53,656 nt of DNA from an uncultured bacterium (GTDB lineage Bacteria > RBG-13-61-14 > DRUE01), in assembly GCA_964592965.1 (NCBI GenBank), contig CAZQJX010000001.1, positions 1-53,656 of the forward strand. Direction: 5' to 3'. A model generated the notes under the pieces. It was given only the letters and a program-made list of their open reading frames with translations. It searched no databases and had not been told where the DNA came from. A program made the position numbers and the translations under genes. This document shows, piece after piece, positions 8,807 to 19,838 of this stretch; the first letter of the stretch is position 1, and the number at the start of each line of letters is the position of its first letter.

Positions 8807-9564
8807 CAGAAAAGTTCTTTGGGATTCAGCTTTTTAAGCTGGTCTAAAAGCTCATAATCAGTAAAGTCCAGCCCGAGCGGGGTTATGCTTATGTATCCTT
8901 GTTCAATGGCAACAATGTCTGAATCTTCTATGCGCCTACCGCCTTTAACTTCTCCATTCAGCCAATAGTATTTATTTCCACGAGGGTCTTCTCGTTCCCA
9001 GATTTTCGGCTCATAAACACGAATGCCCTGACGAGTAAATCTAATCCCTTTGATTTCATCTTTAGAAAGAGCAGGAAAGTTTATATTAAAAATAACCCGC
9101 CTGTTAATTTTTTTATCAAGCAGGTATCTGGCGAATTCTCTTGCAAACTGAGCAGGAAGGGAATAATCAGGCTCTGCTCCCTGCTTAACCTCAATGGAGA
9201 TGGCAAAAGCAGGCAGACCTAAAATGCCTGCTTCTCTTGCCCCAGCAACGGTTCCTGAATAAAAAATATCACAGCCGAGATTGGCTCCCCGATTTATCCC
9301 CGCAACAACCAGTTCGGGCTTTTCTTCCAAAAGCTTGTTTACCGCAAGATTTACACAGTCCACGCAGGTTCCAGTAACTGCCTTCCAGTTCGGTTTAAGC
9401 TCATATACCCAGAGAGGCTTGTGAAAGGTAATAGAATGGCTAGAGGCGCTTCTTTCCTTATCAGGAGCAACTACCTCAATTTCAAAATCCTTTGCCAGCT
9501 CATCTGCCAACGCCTTCAGACCAGGAGCAAATATACCATCATCATTGGTGATAAGTATCTTCAT
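8806..9564 (-). CDS. surE: 5'/3'-nucleotidase SurE
   Basis: MKILITNDDGIFAPGL start and GINRGANLG and YSGTVAGAREA motifs. Confidence 0.9.
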   Translation of the reverse strand: MKILITNDDGIFAPGLKALADELAKDFEIEVVAPDKERSASSHSITFHKPLWVYELKPNWKAVTGTCVDCVNLAVNKLLEEKPELVVAGINRGANLGCDIFYSGTVAGAREAGILGLPAFAISIEVKQGAEPDYSLPAQFAREFARYLLDKKINRRVIFNINFPALSKDEIKGIRFTRQGIRVYEPKIWEREDPRGNKYYWLNGEVKGGRRIEDSDIVAIEQGYISITPLGLDFTDYELLDQLKKLNPKELF

Positions 9565-9670
9565 CGGGCTTTATTTTAAGAGCAAGAGATTGCTTCGTCA
9601 AACCTAACCCAAATTTGTGACTCTCGCGATAATTTGCTGAAAATGAAAGTTTTGCTATGCTTAATCTGCT

Positions 9671-10258
9671 ATGATTAAAGGCGTGGCTTTTGATATGGAC
9701 GGCACTCTTACCAAGCCCAAGATAGATTTTGCTGGGCTGAGGAAAAAGCTGGGACTGGTTGATGAATCCCGCCCGCTTTTTGAATTAATTATGGAACTTG
9801 ATGAACCTGAGCGGAGCAAGGCGCTATCTGCCCTTGAACAGGCAGAGATAATGGCAGGAGAAAATGCTGAGGCTAATCCCGGTCTTTACGAGCTTATAGA
9901 TTTTCTTGAAGCAGAAGGAATTAAACGGGCAATTTTTACCAGAAGCTCAACCAAAGCTCTCAAACTCACCCTCTCCCGTTTGAGGTTGGAAGATAAGTTT
10001 CAGCCACTGATTACTAGAGATTTAGGTCTGCCTTTAAAACCCAATCCCGCACCTATACTGCATATCTTGGAAGAATGGAAACTAACTCCACAGCAAATTC
10101 TGGTAGTTGGAGATTATGTTTTGGATTTGCAATGCGGGAAGAATGCTGGGGCAAGAACAGTTTATCTTAATCACAACCCCGGCCAGCCTGCTCCCAAAGA
10201 GGCGGATTTTGTTATTCACAGGCTGGACGAGCTGGTTGAAATCATTAAAAAAATCTGA
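9671..10258 (+). CDS. HAD-superfamily hydrolase
   Basis: FDMDGTLT (DxDxT motif I), T/S motif II, and VGDYVLD motif IV. Confidence 0.8.
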   Translation: MIKGVAFDMDGTLTKPKIDFAGLRKKLGLVDESRPLFELIMELDEPERSKALSALEQAEIMAGENAEANPGLYELIDFLEAEGIKRAIFTRSSTKALKLTLSRLRLEDKFQPLITRDLGLPLKPNPAPILHILEEWKLTPQQILVVGDYVLDLQCGKNAGARTVYLNHNPGQPAPKEADFVIHRLDELVEIIKKI

Positions 10259-11010
10259 TGCCAGAAAAAAATTATAAAGAACTTTACAAAAAAGAATTAA
10301 AAAAATCCTGGCAGAAGCTAAAAGATGGCTTTTTGCTGGCAGGTGTTGCTCTAGTCAGCTCTGTTCCAAGAATTTACTATCAAAGCTATTACTTTTTTCC
10401 TCAAATCTCCACTAAGCCTGCCAATGCTCTGGTTCTGAGAATGGTTTTTCTTTATCATTTCATTCTTGGATTTTGCGTTCTGTTTATAATGATTCTGATT
10501 GGCTCTTATGCCTGCGAGCGGGCAAAAATCAAGCCCTTTGTATGGAAGGGAATATGGAAATTTTTGGGAGCAGTTCTGCTCGGTGTTCTGGTGATTGCAC
10601 CAGGATACTGGATTTTTGACCGAATTGTTTTAGCTTTAATCCCATCGCTTTATCCTGACAGGCTGTGGCTTGCGCTTGTATATCCATTTTCAGCAAGCTT
10701 TGCTGATGAACTTATCTGGCGCTATGGCTTTTTAAGCCTTGCGCTCTGGATTTTTGGTGGAGGTGTATGGCGAAAAAATCTTGCCAATGCATTTGTCTCT
10801 GCCATTGTTTGCGCACTGGCTCTGCAGGAGCTTTTTAGATTTACCAGCGAGATGCTTAAAGCTTCGGAAATTATCTTTCTTACCGGCGGATTGTTTATGA
10901 AAAACCTTCTAGTTGGTGAGGTCTATATGCGTTATGGCTTTTTTCAAAGCCTTGCTTTAAGAATAGGAATTGAATTTAGGTATATATTTTTCTTCTGGCT
11001 CTTGAGGTAG
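10258..11010 (+). CDS. Polytopic membrane protein, CPBP (CAAX-protease)-like but degenerate
   Basis: ADELIWRYGF resembles the CPBP EExxxR motif. I could not find the two downstream His motifs, so catalytic competence is doubtful. Confidence 0.4.
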   Translation: MPEKNYKELYKKELKKSWQKLKDGFLLAGVALVSSVPRIYYQSYYFFPQISTKPANALVLRMVFLYHFILGFCVLFIMILIGSYACERAKIKPFVWKGIWKFLGAVLLGVLVIAPGYWIFDRIVLALIPSLYPDRLWLALVYPFSASFADELIWRYGFLSLALWIFGGGVWRKNLANAFVSAIVCALALQELFRFTSEMLKASEIIFLTGGLFMKNLLVGEVYMRYGFFQSLALRIGIEFRYIFFFWLLR

Positions 11011-12190
11011 TGCTAATCAATCCGAAGCCTAAAAAAACCGCACCTAAAAGAACAATACCCAGAAGCAGAAAAATATCATTTAAAGACCATCTCTCACCAA
11101 TTATTCCAGCAATCCAGCTCATCACCGACCCGGCACCGAAATTCATAAAAAAGAACCAGCCATAAATTCTTCCTCTTACTCCCTTGCCTGTTAGTTCTGG
11201 TAATAAAGAATTCCCTATTGGCTGGGAAGCAAAATAAATAAAAGCAAATATCATTGCATCTAAAAGCAAAATCAGTCCTTCAAGCCTGCTGAGCAGGAAT
11301 AAAAATGGAAGCGAAAAAAGAAAGGCAAGAGTGTAAAGCTTTGGCTTACTATAATAGTCAGCAAGTCTTCCACCACTAAGCTGACCAAACATTCCCAAGA
11401 TTAAAATTAAAGTGGTAAATGCTCCTGCCTGTCCAACTCGGGATATGCCAAATGAGCGCTCAGGAAGATGATGAAAAATATAAGTGGGTAAAAATGCCAT
11501 CAGTCCCCGATAACACATTCCATTCAAAATCGCCATTAGAAATAAAAAAATTAAAGGAACAATTAAATAGTTTTTGGAAGGATTTTTGGGCTCAGCTGAT
11601 AGGTTTTTTTGAAGGGAATTTTCTTTTAATTCAATTTTTAGACTCGGCTCAAAGATTATCCACACGCTAAAAATAGCGGGAATCATACCCAGAAGAATAA
11701 ATGCCCATCTCCAGCCAAATACCCCTGCTAGCGCACTGGCAAAAAGCGGGCTGAGTGCCAGACCAAAATTCCCGCCCATACCGTGCCAGCCCATTGATGT
11801 TCCGTGCTTGGTTGTTCCCAGAGAAAGTAGGCTCAGTCCAGCAGGATGATATAATCCAATAGAAGCTCCCAAAAGCCCGAGCGTCAAAACCAGCATAAAA
11901 TAATTCTTTGCTAGACCAATCAAAATCATACTCAGTCCGCTTCCTAAAAGATAAATAAAAACCACCCTGCGTGCACCGAGCTTATCTGATAAAAATCCGC
12001 CGGGAATTGCCATTGCACCGTAGAAAAGTGTGGCAATAAAATAGGCAAATCCCACCTTTTCATAAGCATTTTCTCTTCCCAACAAATCTCCTGCCACTAC
12101 CACTGCAACCGCAGGAAAGCTGAGCTCGCATATATGCACAAGAAAATGGGCAAGAATGGTGATAAAAATTAGCCTTTGCTCTTTTCTCAT
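10976..12190 (-). CDS. MFS transporter
   Basis: About 12 TM segments and the MFS loop motif GFLSDKLGARRV between TM2 and TM3. Confidence 0.8.
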   Translation of the reverse strand: MRKEQRLIFITILAHFLVHICELSFPAVAVVVAGDLLGRENAYEKVGFAYFIATLFYGAMAIPGGFLSDKLGARRVVFIYLLGSGLSMILIGLAKNYFMLVLTLGLLGASIGLYHPAGLSLLSLGTTKHGTSMGWHGMGGNFGLALSPLFASALAGVFGWRWAFILLGMIPAIFSVWIIFEPSLKIELKENSLQKNLSAEPKNPSKNYLIVPLIFLFLMAILNGMCYRGLMAFLPTYIFHHLPERSFGISRVGQAGAFTTLILILGMFGQLSGGRLADYYSKPKLYTLAFLFSLPFLFLLSRLEGLILLLDAMIFAFIYFASQPIGNSLLPELTGKGVRGRIYGWFFFMNFGAGSVMSWIAGIIGERWSLNDIFLLLGIVLLGAVFLGFGLISTTSRARRKIYT

Positions 12191-14172
12191 CTTGAATTTA
12201 GTTTTTGGAAAAATTCTTCTACTCGCTTAATGTCTTGAGTGATGGGAATTTGAGGAAGGCTCTGAAGAAAAATTCTTCCATAATTACGCTTTAGCACTCT
12301 TGAATCCAAAATTGCCAAAACCCCCTTATCTGAGCGGGAGCGGATTAATCTTCCTATTCCTTGGCGAAGCATAATCACAGCGCTCGGAACCTGATAGTCC
12401 ATAAAAGCATTTCCACCACGAGAGTTTATAGCATTAATCCGAGCTTTGATTAAAGGGTCAGATGGAGAATCAAAAGGAAGCCTATCAATTACCACCAAAC
12501 TCAACGCAGGACCAACAACATCCACCCCCTGCCAGAAGCTGATAGTGGCAAAAAGCACGCTGGACTCTATTTCCCTGAATTTTTCAAGCAGGTGCGAGCG
12601 AGGAGCATCTCCCTGACGAAGCGAAAGATAGGGAATGTGGGGAGCAAGCCTCTCATAAAACTGCTCCAGATTCTTATAACTGGTAAAAAGCAAAAACGCT
12701 CTTCCTTTGCTTAAATCAAGTAGTTTTTTTACCAGCTCCACTGCCTGCTCAACAAACTGAGGAGAATCTGGCTCCGGTAGTTTGGGAGCTAAAAAAAGCA
12801 GTGCCTGATTTTTCCAATCAAAACTGCTTTCAAGCCAAAGCTCTTTTATATGTGGCGACTCGCTTAACCCCATTCTGCTTCGGAAATATTCAAAGCTGGG
12901 CTTGTCCTCATTAAAAACTGTAAGGGTGGCGCTGGTAAAAATAAGGCTATCAAGGTGAGGATATAAAACCTTTTGAAGCAAGCTTCCCACTTCAAGCGGA
13001 GATGCGCAAAGAATGGTTGCTCTGGGTTTGAGCTGAGCGTAATAAACATAATCTTTTTCATCTTGGCGAAAAAGAAAATCCAAATCCTGCGCCTGCTTTT
13101 CCGCACGCAATGCCATTGCTAGAATGCTGGGGTCGCTGGCTTGTGAATTTAAAATCTTTGCCACACCAAAAAGCTCATCTTTTAATTTCTTTGCCTGATT
13201 AAAAACCGCAAAAGGAAGCTCATCTATGTTAAAAGGCATTCTTTTTTCCTCCTCGTTTATCTTTTGCATAAATAGCTCTCTTAAGCTTTTAAAAAGGCTA
13301 GCTGAAAGTGATTCTATTTTTTGAGCCAAGCGAGAAAGCTCTTTTTGAGCAAAAGGCTCAAGGTCTTGGCTCTCAAAATTAAGGTCGCGAGCTAGCTCAA
13401 TGATTTTTCGGTCGCTGAGCTGAATGCCAAAATAATCTGTAATTACATCTTCTAAAATATGCGCCTCATCAAATACCACTGCTCGGTATCTGGGAATAAC
13501 CTCACCAAAGCCGAGTTGCCTAATAGCTAGGTCTGCAAAGAAAAGATGATGATTAACGATTATTAAATCTGCCTTTTGTGCCCGAGCACGAAGCTTGGAA
13601 ATAAAACATTCAGAAAAATGCGGACAATTGCTGGCTAAGCATAATTCAGAATCAGAGCAGATTTTATCCCAAATCGGCTCATCTTCGCTAAGCTCTTTAA
13701 GCTCTTCTTTATCACCAGTTTCTGTGGTTTGTGCCCAGTTTTGAATTAGCTCCAAAACCGCCTGTCCGCTAGCAAAATCAAAGCGAGGCTGAGCAAGAAA
13801 ACGATAAAACCTCCTCCAGCAAAGATAGTTCCTTCTCCCTTTCATCACCACAGCAGAAAATTCAAAATGCTTGGCAAGAAGAGGAAGGTCTTTGTAAAAG
13901 ATTTGCTCCTGAAGGTTTTTGGTTCCTGTGGAGATAACCACTCTTCTTGCTGAAAGGATAGCAGGAACCAAATAAGCCAAGGTCTTTCCTGTGCCTGTGC
14001 CTGCTTCTACTAAAAGGATTCCGCCATTAATCAGGTTTTCTAAAACCGCCTGTGCCATTTTAATCTGCTCAGGGCGATACTCATAGCCCCTTAGATGCTG
14101 AGAAAGCTCACCTCCCCTGCCCAGATATTGATAAAGCAGGTCAAAAAGTCTTGCCTGTGCCTGCTCCCGCAT
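12187..14172 (-). CDS. dinG: DinG/XPD-type ATP-dependent DNA helicase with an Fe-S domain
   Basis: Walker A (EAGTGTGKTLAYL), DEAH box (FDEAHILED), a four-Cys cluster (CWRRF...CSDSELCLASNCPHFSEC), and C-terminal helicase motifs (GRLIRS). Confidence 0.85.
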   Translation of the reverse strand: MREQAQARLFDLLYQYLGRGGELSQHLRGYEYRPEQIKMAQAVLENLINGGILLVEAGTGTGKTLAYLVPAILSARRVVISTGTKNLQEQIFYKDLPLLAKHFEFSAVVMKGRRNYLCWRRFYRFLAQPRFDFASGQAVLELIQNWAQTTETGDKEELKELSEDEPIWDKICSDSELCLASNCPHFSECFISKLRARAQKADLIIVNHHLFFADLAIRQLGFGEVIPRYRAVVFDEAHILEDVITDYFGIQLSDRKIIELARDLNFESQDLEPFAQKELSRLAQKIESLSASLFKSLRELFMQKINEEEKRMPFNIDELPFAVFNQAKKLKDELFGVAKILNSQASDPSILAMALRAEKQAQDLDFLFRQDEKDYVYYAQLKPRATILCASPLEVGSLLQKVLYPHLDSLIFTSATLTVFNEDKPSFEYFRSRMGLSESPHIKELWLESSFDWKNQALLFLAPKLPEPDSPQFVEQAVELVKKLLDLSKGRAFLLFTSYKNLEQFYERLAPHIPYLSLRQGDAPRSHLLEKFREIESSVLFATISFWQGVDVVGPALSLVVIDRLPFDSPSDPLIKARINAINSRGGNAFMDYQVPSAVIMLRQGIGRLIRSRSDKGVLAILDSRVLKRNYGRIFLQSLPQIPITQDIKRVEEFFQKLNSR

Positions 14173-14179
14173 CTGATTT

Positions 14180-14398
14180 TTATTCAGCTTTTCTCTTTCT
14201 CAAAAACCACCAGCCATAAAAAAGAAGAAAAATCGTCCCACAAACACCTACCAGCATCGCGCTCGTGGCTTTTTGACGCTCAAAATAAGCAAGCGGGGTT
14301 TGAGAATGAATAAAAGGCGAATAAATGTATGCTAGCAAAAACCCTATCAGCAAAATCACACCTATCATCAACCAGATATGCTTTAAGGTTATTTTCAT
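14180..14398 (-). CDS. Small two-TM membrane protein (hypothetical)
   Basis: A 72-aa ORF with two hydrophobic helices. Its start overlaps the mrdA stop (ATGA), which argues for coupled translation. No family recognised. Confidence 0.4.
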   Translation of the reverse strand: MKITLKHIWLMIGVILLIGFLLAYIYSPFIHSQTPLAYFERQKATSAMLVGVCGTIFLLFYGWWFLRKRKAE

Positions 14399-16251
14399 TT
14401 TTGCGAGATTTTTTCCGGATAGATTTCAAAATATTTTTCAATTAATTTTCTTGCCAGCGGAGCAGCGCCGGTTGAGCCGTGCCCTGCATTTTCCACCACA
14501 ACACTTAAAGCAATCTGAGGATTATCAAAAGGAGCAAAAGCAATAAACCAAGCATGGTCTCGGAATTTTTCTGGAATTTCTTCCAGCTTTTTGCCTTCAA
14601 ATTTTTTCAGCTTTATAACCTGTGCGGTTCCTGTCTTTCCTGCTATTTTTACTTTTGCGCTCCTTGCTGTCCAGTAGGCAGTTCCCTTTGGGTCATTCAC
14701 CACACCGAGCATAGCTTTTTTAATAATCTTCCAGGTGGCTTTTGAAAAATTTAATTGCTGAATTAGCTGGGGCGGTATCTCCTGAATATCACCTTCACTG
14801 CTCTCTACTCTTAAAGCTACTCTTGGCTTAAAAAGCTTTCCTTCATTAGCAATCACCATTGCCAAAAGCGCTGATTGAAGAGGAGTGACCAAAACATATC
14901 CCTGGCCTATTGCACAGTTAAGCGTGTCTCCCGGATTCCATTTTTCTCCTTTAAATTTTTCCTTCCAATAGGCTGTGGGGATAAGACCTGATTTTTCATT
15001 TTTAAATCCGATCCCACTTCTTAAGCCAAGACCGAGCAGATTCGCATATTTAGCAATCCTGTCTATACCAAGTTTCAAACCCAGCTGATAAAAATAAACA
15101 TCGCAGGATTGAATTATTGCCTGCTCAAGGTTTATCCTGCCATGACCATTCTTTTTCCAGCATCCAAAAGCTTTTTTCCCCAGCCAATAAATTCCCTTGC
15201 ATTTAATTTTTTTGAAAGGAGCTACCTCTCCCTCTTCCAGCCCTGCAATAGCAACCACCAGCTTAAAGACCGAACCAGGCGGATATATGCCCTGAACAGC
15301 CCGATTGTAAAGCGGATGCGTTGGGTCTTGCTCCAGCTTTTTCCAGCGTTCAGGATGAAGACGATTGATAAAAATCTCAGGATTAAACCCCGGGGAGCTA
15401 GCCATTACCAGCACATCACCATTTTTAACAGAAAGCATAACAATAGCTCCTTTTTTACCATCTAAAAGCTTTTGCGCATATCTTTGCAGTTCCAAATCAA
15501 TGGTTAGATAAATGTTTGCTCCTGGCTTGGGTGGCTGGGGGTTAAGATTTAGCCCCTTAAGAATCTCACTGCTTCTTTCCTTTCCTTGCGCATCCACTGC
15601 CTTAAACTTGTATCCATCTATTCCTCGAAGCTGATGCTCATAAATCTTTTCAATCCCAGATTTTCCCACCATATCTCCAAGATGATAATCCTTAAACTCT
15701 TCCTGAGCCAGCTCTTTAGGAGAAATTTCACCCAGATATCCAATCAAATGGCAGGCAACTTCTCTTTGAGGATAAGTGCGAATAGGCTCAAGCTCTATAT
15801 CCACTCCTGATAGATTTCTGAGACGCTCTTCAATCTTTGCCAACTCCTCCCAGCTCAGGTTCTCCTTGAGTTTTATTGGAACAAAAGGAGACCAGCGCTG
15901 GTTGTTTTTAATCCATTTTTTCAATTTTTCAGCATTAAATCCAAGAATATCTGCAAGGGCGTTTATTGTGTCTTGGTCAATATCTGCTGGAATAATGGTT
16001 ATGTTGAACCCAGGGCGGTTCCCAGCCAAAAGCCTTCCTTTGCGGTCAAGAATAAGACCTCTGCTGGCTGGAATGCGAATTTTACGAATCTGATTCTCTT
16101 TGGCTATTAACTGCCATTTCTCTCCTTGATGAATCTGAAGTTGCCAAAAGCGGAATAAAATCAAAATGCCAAAGAAAAAAATAACCCATCTAAATATCCT
16201 AAGCCTCTCTCCCAGCTTTTCTTTTTCCCGCTCGTCTAGGTATCTGGGCAT
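14395..16251 (-). CDS. mrdA: Penicillin-binding protein 2 (elongasome transpeptidase)
   Basis: N-terminal TM, GSVFK (SxxK), SCD (SxN-type position) and KTGTAQ motifs. Directly downstream of mreBCD. Confidence 0.9.
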   Translation of the reverse strand: MPRYLDEREKEKLGERLRIFRWVIFFFGILILFRFWQLQIHQGEKWQLIAKENQIRKIRIPASRGLILDRKGRLLAGNRPGFNITIIPADIDQDTINALADILGFNAEKLKKWIKNNQRWSPFVPIKLKENLSWEELAKIEERLRNLSGVDIELEPIRTYPQREVACHLIGYLGEISPKELAQEEFKDYHLGDMVGKSGIEKIYEHQLRGIDGYKFKAVDAQGKERSSEILKGLNLNPQPPKPGANIYLTIDLELQRYAQKLLDGKKGAIVMLSVKNGDVLVMASSPGFNPEIFINRLHPERWKKLEQDPTHPLYNRAVQGIYPPGSVFKLVVAIAGLEEGEVAPFKKIKCKGIYWLGKKAFGCWKKNGHGRINLEQAIIQSCDVYFYQLGLKLGIDRIAKYANLLGLGLRSGIGFKNEKSGLIPTAYWKEKFKGEKWNPGDTLNCAIGQGYVLVTPLQSALLAMVIANEGKLFKPRVALRVESSEGDIQEIPPQLIQQLNFSKATWKIIKKAMLGVVNDPKGTAYWTARSAKVKIAGKTGTAQVIKLKKFEGKKLEEIPEKFRDHAWFIAFAPFDNPQIALSVVVENAGHGSTGAAPLARKLIEKYFEIYPEKISQK

Positions 16252-16785
16252 TTATGACCTCTTTGCCCGAACCTCTTCTGGAATTAAGTCAAAAAACCCT
16301 TTTACCTGATTAAAAAGCATAAAAATTAAAATCGCAAAAATGCTGTTTATAACTCCTTCCAGCAAAATATAGATTGGAGTGATGGAAAAAAAATAATTTC
16401 TGCTTACAAAAATTCCTGAAAAAACTATCAGCAAAAGCTTATAGAAAACAATTATAATCAGCACAAAAAGCAATTGAGAAGCTGGTTTTTGAGGAGCAAA
16501 CCTTATTCGTAAGAATCTTGCCAAAAGATATATGCTCATACCTGCAAGCATATATATTCCGCTGTAAACACCGCTTATCACGCCTTCTAAAAAGGAAAGC
16601 ACAAAAGCCATAGGCGCTCCAAGTTTTTCCTGTTTAAAAAATCCCAGCCAGATAATTAAGCCAATAATAAAATCCAGCTGAATTTTATCCTTTAAAAGCG
16701 GTGCCAAAAGTTTTGATTGAATAAATATTCCCAAAAATCCGACCAGCAGAACCAAAGCCCAATCTCGCAAAAATCTTCTGCTCAT
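16252..16785 (-). CDS. mreD: Rod shape-determining protein MreD
   Basis: A small 5-6 TM protein between mreC and mrdA. The call rests on position and profile. Confidence 0.7.
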   Translation of the reverse strand: MSRRFLRDWALVLLVGFLGIFIQSKLLAPLLKDKIQLDFIIGLIIWLGFFKQEKLGAPMAFVLSFLEGVISGVYSGIYMLAGMSIYLLARFLRIRFAPQKPASQLLFVLIIIVFYKLLLIVFSGIFVSRNYFFSITPIYILLEGVINSIFAILIFMLFNQVKGFFDLIPEEVRAKRS

Positions 16786-17624
16786 TGCTCACCCACTCCC
16801 ACCACTACCAGCACCTCTTCTAAATGATTAAAATCTGCTTGAGGACGAACCTTTCCCAAAAGTGATACTGAAAACGGGTTGCTCTCTAGCTTAACAAGCT
16901 TTCCGATTAAAATGCCAGCAGGGAAGATTCCCCCCAGTCCGCTGGTGATAACCCTATCTCCTACTTTAACATCTGCCTCTGGAGAAAGATATTTAAAGTA
17001 AAGAAGCTCTTTTTTGCCGGTTCCCTGAATAATACCTTTTTCTCTGCTTCGCTGAACAATGGCACTTACTCTGCTGGTAGGGTCAATAATTAAAAGCACA
17101 GTTGCCTGATGATTGGTAAGCTCTCTTCCTGGCTCATCAACAATCTGTCCCACCAGTCCTTTTGGACAAATAACTGCCTGACCAGCTTTAATTCCATCAG
17201 CTTTTCCTTTGTTAATGAGCAGGGTTTTAGCAAAGCTGGAAATGTCCCAGCTTATCACCCGAGCGGGAATGGTTTTGAGAGCAAAGCGGTTTTTGAATTC
17301 AAGAAGTCTGCGAAGCCTCTCGTTTTCCAGAGCCTGCTCACGGAGCATTTGATTTTCCAGCTCCAAAATAGTTAGCTGTTTTTGCAGAGCAAGATTCTGC
17401 TGGCGAAGATTAACCAGATAAATATAATTTTTCCAAACCCTTCTCAGTGCTTGGCTTAAATATGAGTATGCCCGTGCTGGGCTGGAAATTAACTCTGCGA
17501 CCATTTGAGAAAAAGGACTTGAAGCGCTTCCTTTATATGACTGAACCGAAACAACAATCAAACTGAGAAACCAAAGGACTAAAGGCAGGATTAAGTTCCT
17601 GTGCCGAGAGATAAAGCTGGACAT
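16782..17624 (-). CDS. mreC: Rod shape-determining protein MreC
   Basis: TM segment, coiled coil (LQKQLTILELENQMLREQALENERLRRLL), then a beta-rich domain with GxGG(I/V)FP(A/K)G (GLGGIFPAGILIG). Confidence 0.85.
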   Translation of the reverse strand: MSSFISRHRNLILPLVLWFLSLIVVSVQSYKGSASSPFSQMVAELISSPARAYSYLSQALRRVWKNYIYLVNLRQQNLALQKQLTILELENQMLREQALENERLRRLLEFKNRFALKTIPARVISWDISSFAKTLLINKGKADGIKAGQAVICPKGLVGQIVDEPGRELTNHQATVLLIIDPTSRVSAIVQRSREKGIIQGTGKKELLYFKYLSPEADVKVGDRVITSGLGGIFPAGILIGKLVKLESNPFSVSLLGKVRPQADFNHLEEVLVVVGVGEQ

Positions 17625-17642
17625 TTCATTTTTCCGCTTAAG

Positions 17643-18725
<1,083 letters not shown>

Positions 18726-18779
18726 TCACAATCTTAAAAGAAAGCAAAGACTTATGCAACGATAGATTTACCAGCAAAT

Positions 18780-19838
18780 TTAATCAAACTTCCTTAAAAT
18801 CTGGTAATAAGCATTACGCTGGGCAGGGATAAATCCTGCGGTTTTAATCTGACGGATTATTTCCTCTTTGCTCATTCTAAAATCAGCGCCTGCTGAGCGA
18901 ACCACATTTTCTTCAAGCATAGTGCTTCCAAAATCATTTGCACCAAAAAAGAGAGCGGTTTGAGCAATTTTTGCTCCTTGCGTTACCCAGCTTGCCTGAA
19001 TGTTTGGGATATTATCAAGTATGATTCTGGAGATAGCTAATATCTGCAAATACCGCACTCCACCTGCTTTGGGAATGTGGCTTAACTTTGTATTTTGAGG
19101 CTGAAAGCTCCAGGGGATAAAAGCAACAAAACCACCTGTTCGGTCTTGAAGATGTCGCAGTGCTAAAAGATGGTCAATAATCTCTTCATCGGTTTCTATT
19201 GAGCCGAACATCATTGTTGCGCTTGAGCGAATGCCCAATTTATGCGCCCACTCCATTACCTCAAGCCAGCCTCTGGCAGATACTTTTTTGGGACATAGCT
19301 CGCTACGAAATCGCTCAGAGAGGATTTCAGCTCCACCGCCGGGAATGGTATCAAGACCAGCATCCTTTAAGCGAGAAAGAACTTCACTTATGCTTAAATT
19401 CTCTTTTTCTGCTAAAAAGAAAATCTCTGGCGGGCTTAAACCGTGAATATGAATTTCATAATTTTTCTTAATCTCTTTGAAAAGCTCTTCAAACCAGCCA
19501 AGAGACAGCTCAGGGTTCAACCCTCCCTGAATTAAAATCTGTGTTCCACCCTTTTCAATCAGCTCCTCAATCTTTGAAAAAATCTCTTCATAGCTAAGAA
19601 CATATCCTTCAGGATGACCGGGCGGACGAAAAAAAGCACAGAACTTACAGCCTGAAACGCAGATATTGGTGTAATTTATATTGCGGTCAACAACAAAGCT
19701 TACCAGTTTTTCAGGATGAAGCTCGTATCTGATTTGATTTGCCCTTTCAGCCAGCTCAAGCAGGCTCGCATTTTGAAAAAGTAAAAGAGCATCCTTTCTC
19801 TCAATCCTTGCTACCATACTTTCCGCACCCGATACCAA
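18780..19838 (-). CDS. mqnC: Cyclic dehypoxanthinyl futalosine synthase (radical SAM, CofH/MqnC/MqnE family)
   Basis: NYTNICVSGCKFCAF rSAM motif and an overall MqnC-like layout. The MqnC versus MqnE assignment is from remembered N-terminal patterns. Confidence 0.75.
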   Translation of the reverse strand: MVSGAESMVARIERKDALLLFQNASLLELAERANQIRYELHPEKLVSFVVDRNINYTNICVSGCKFCAFFRPPGHPEGYVLSYEEIFSKIEELIEKGGTQILIQGGLNPELSLGWFEELFKEIKKNYEIHIHGLSPPEIFFLAEKENLSISEVLSRLKDAGLDTIPGGGAEILSERFRSELCPKKVSARGWLEVMEWAHKLGIRSSATMMFGSIETDEEIIDHLLALRHLQDRTGGFVAFIPWSFQPQNTKLSHIPKAGGVRYLQILAISRIILDNIPNIQASWVTQGAKIAQTALFFGANDFGSTMLEENVVRSAGADFRMSKEEIIRQIKTAGFIPAQRNAYYQILRKFD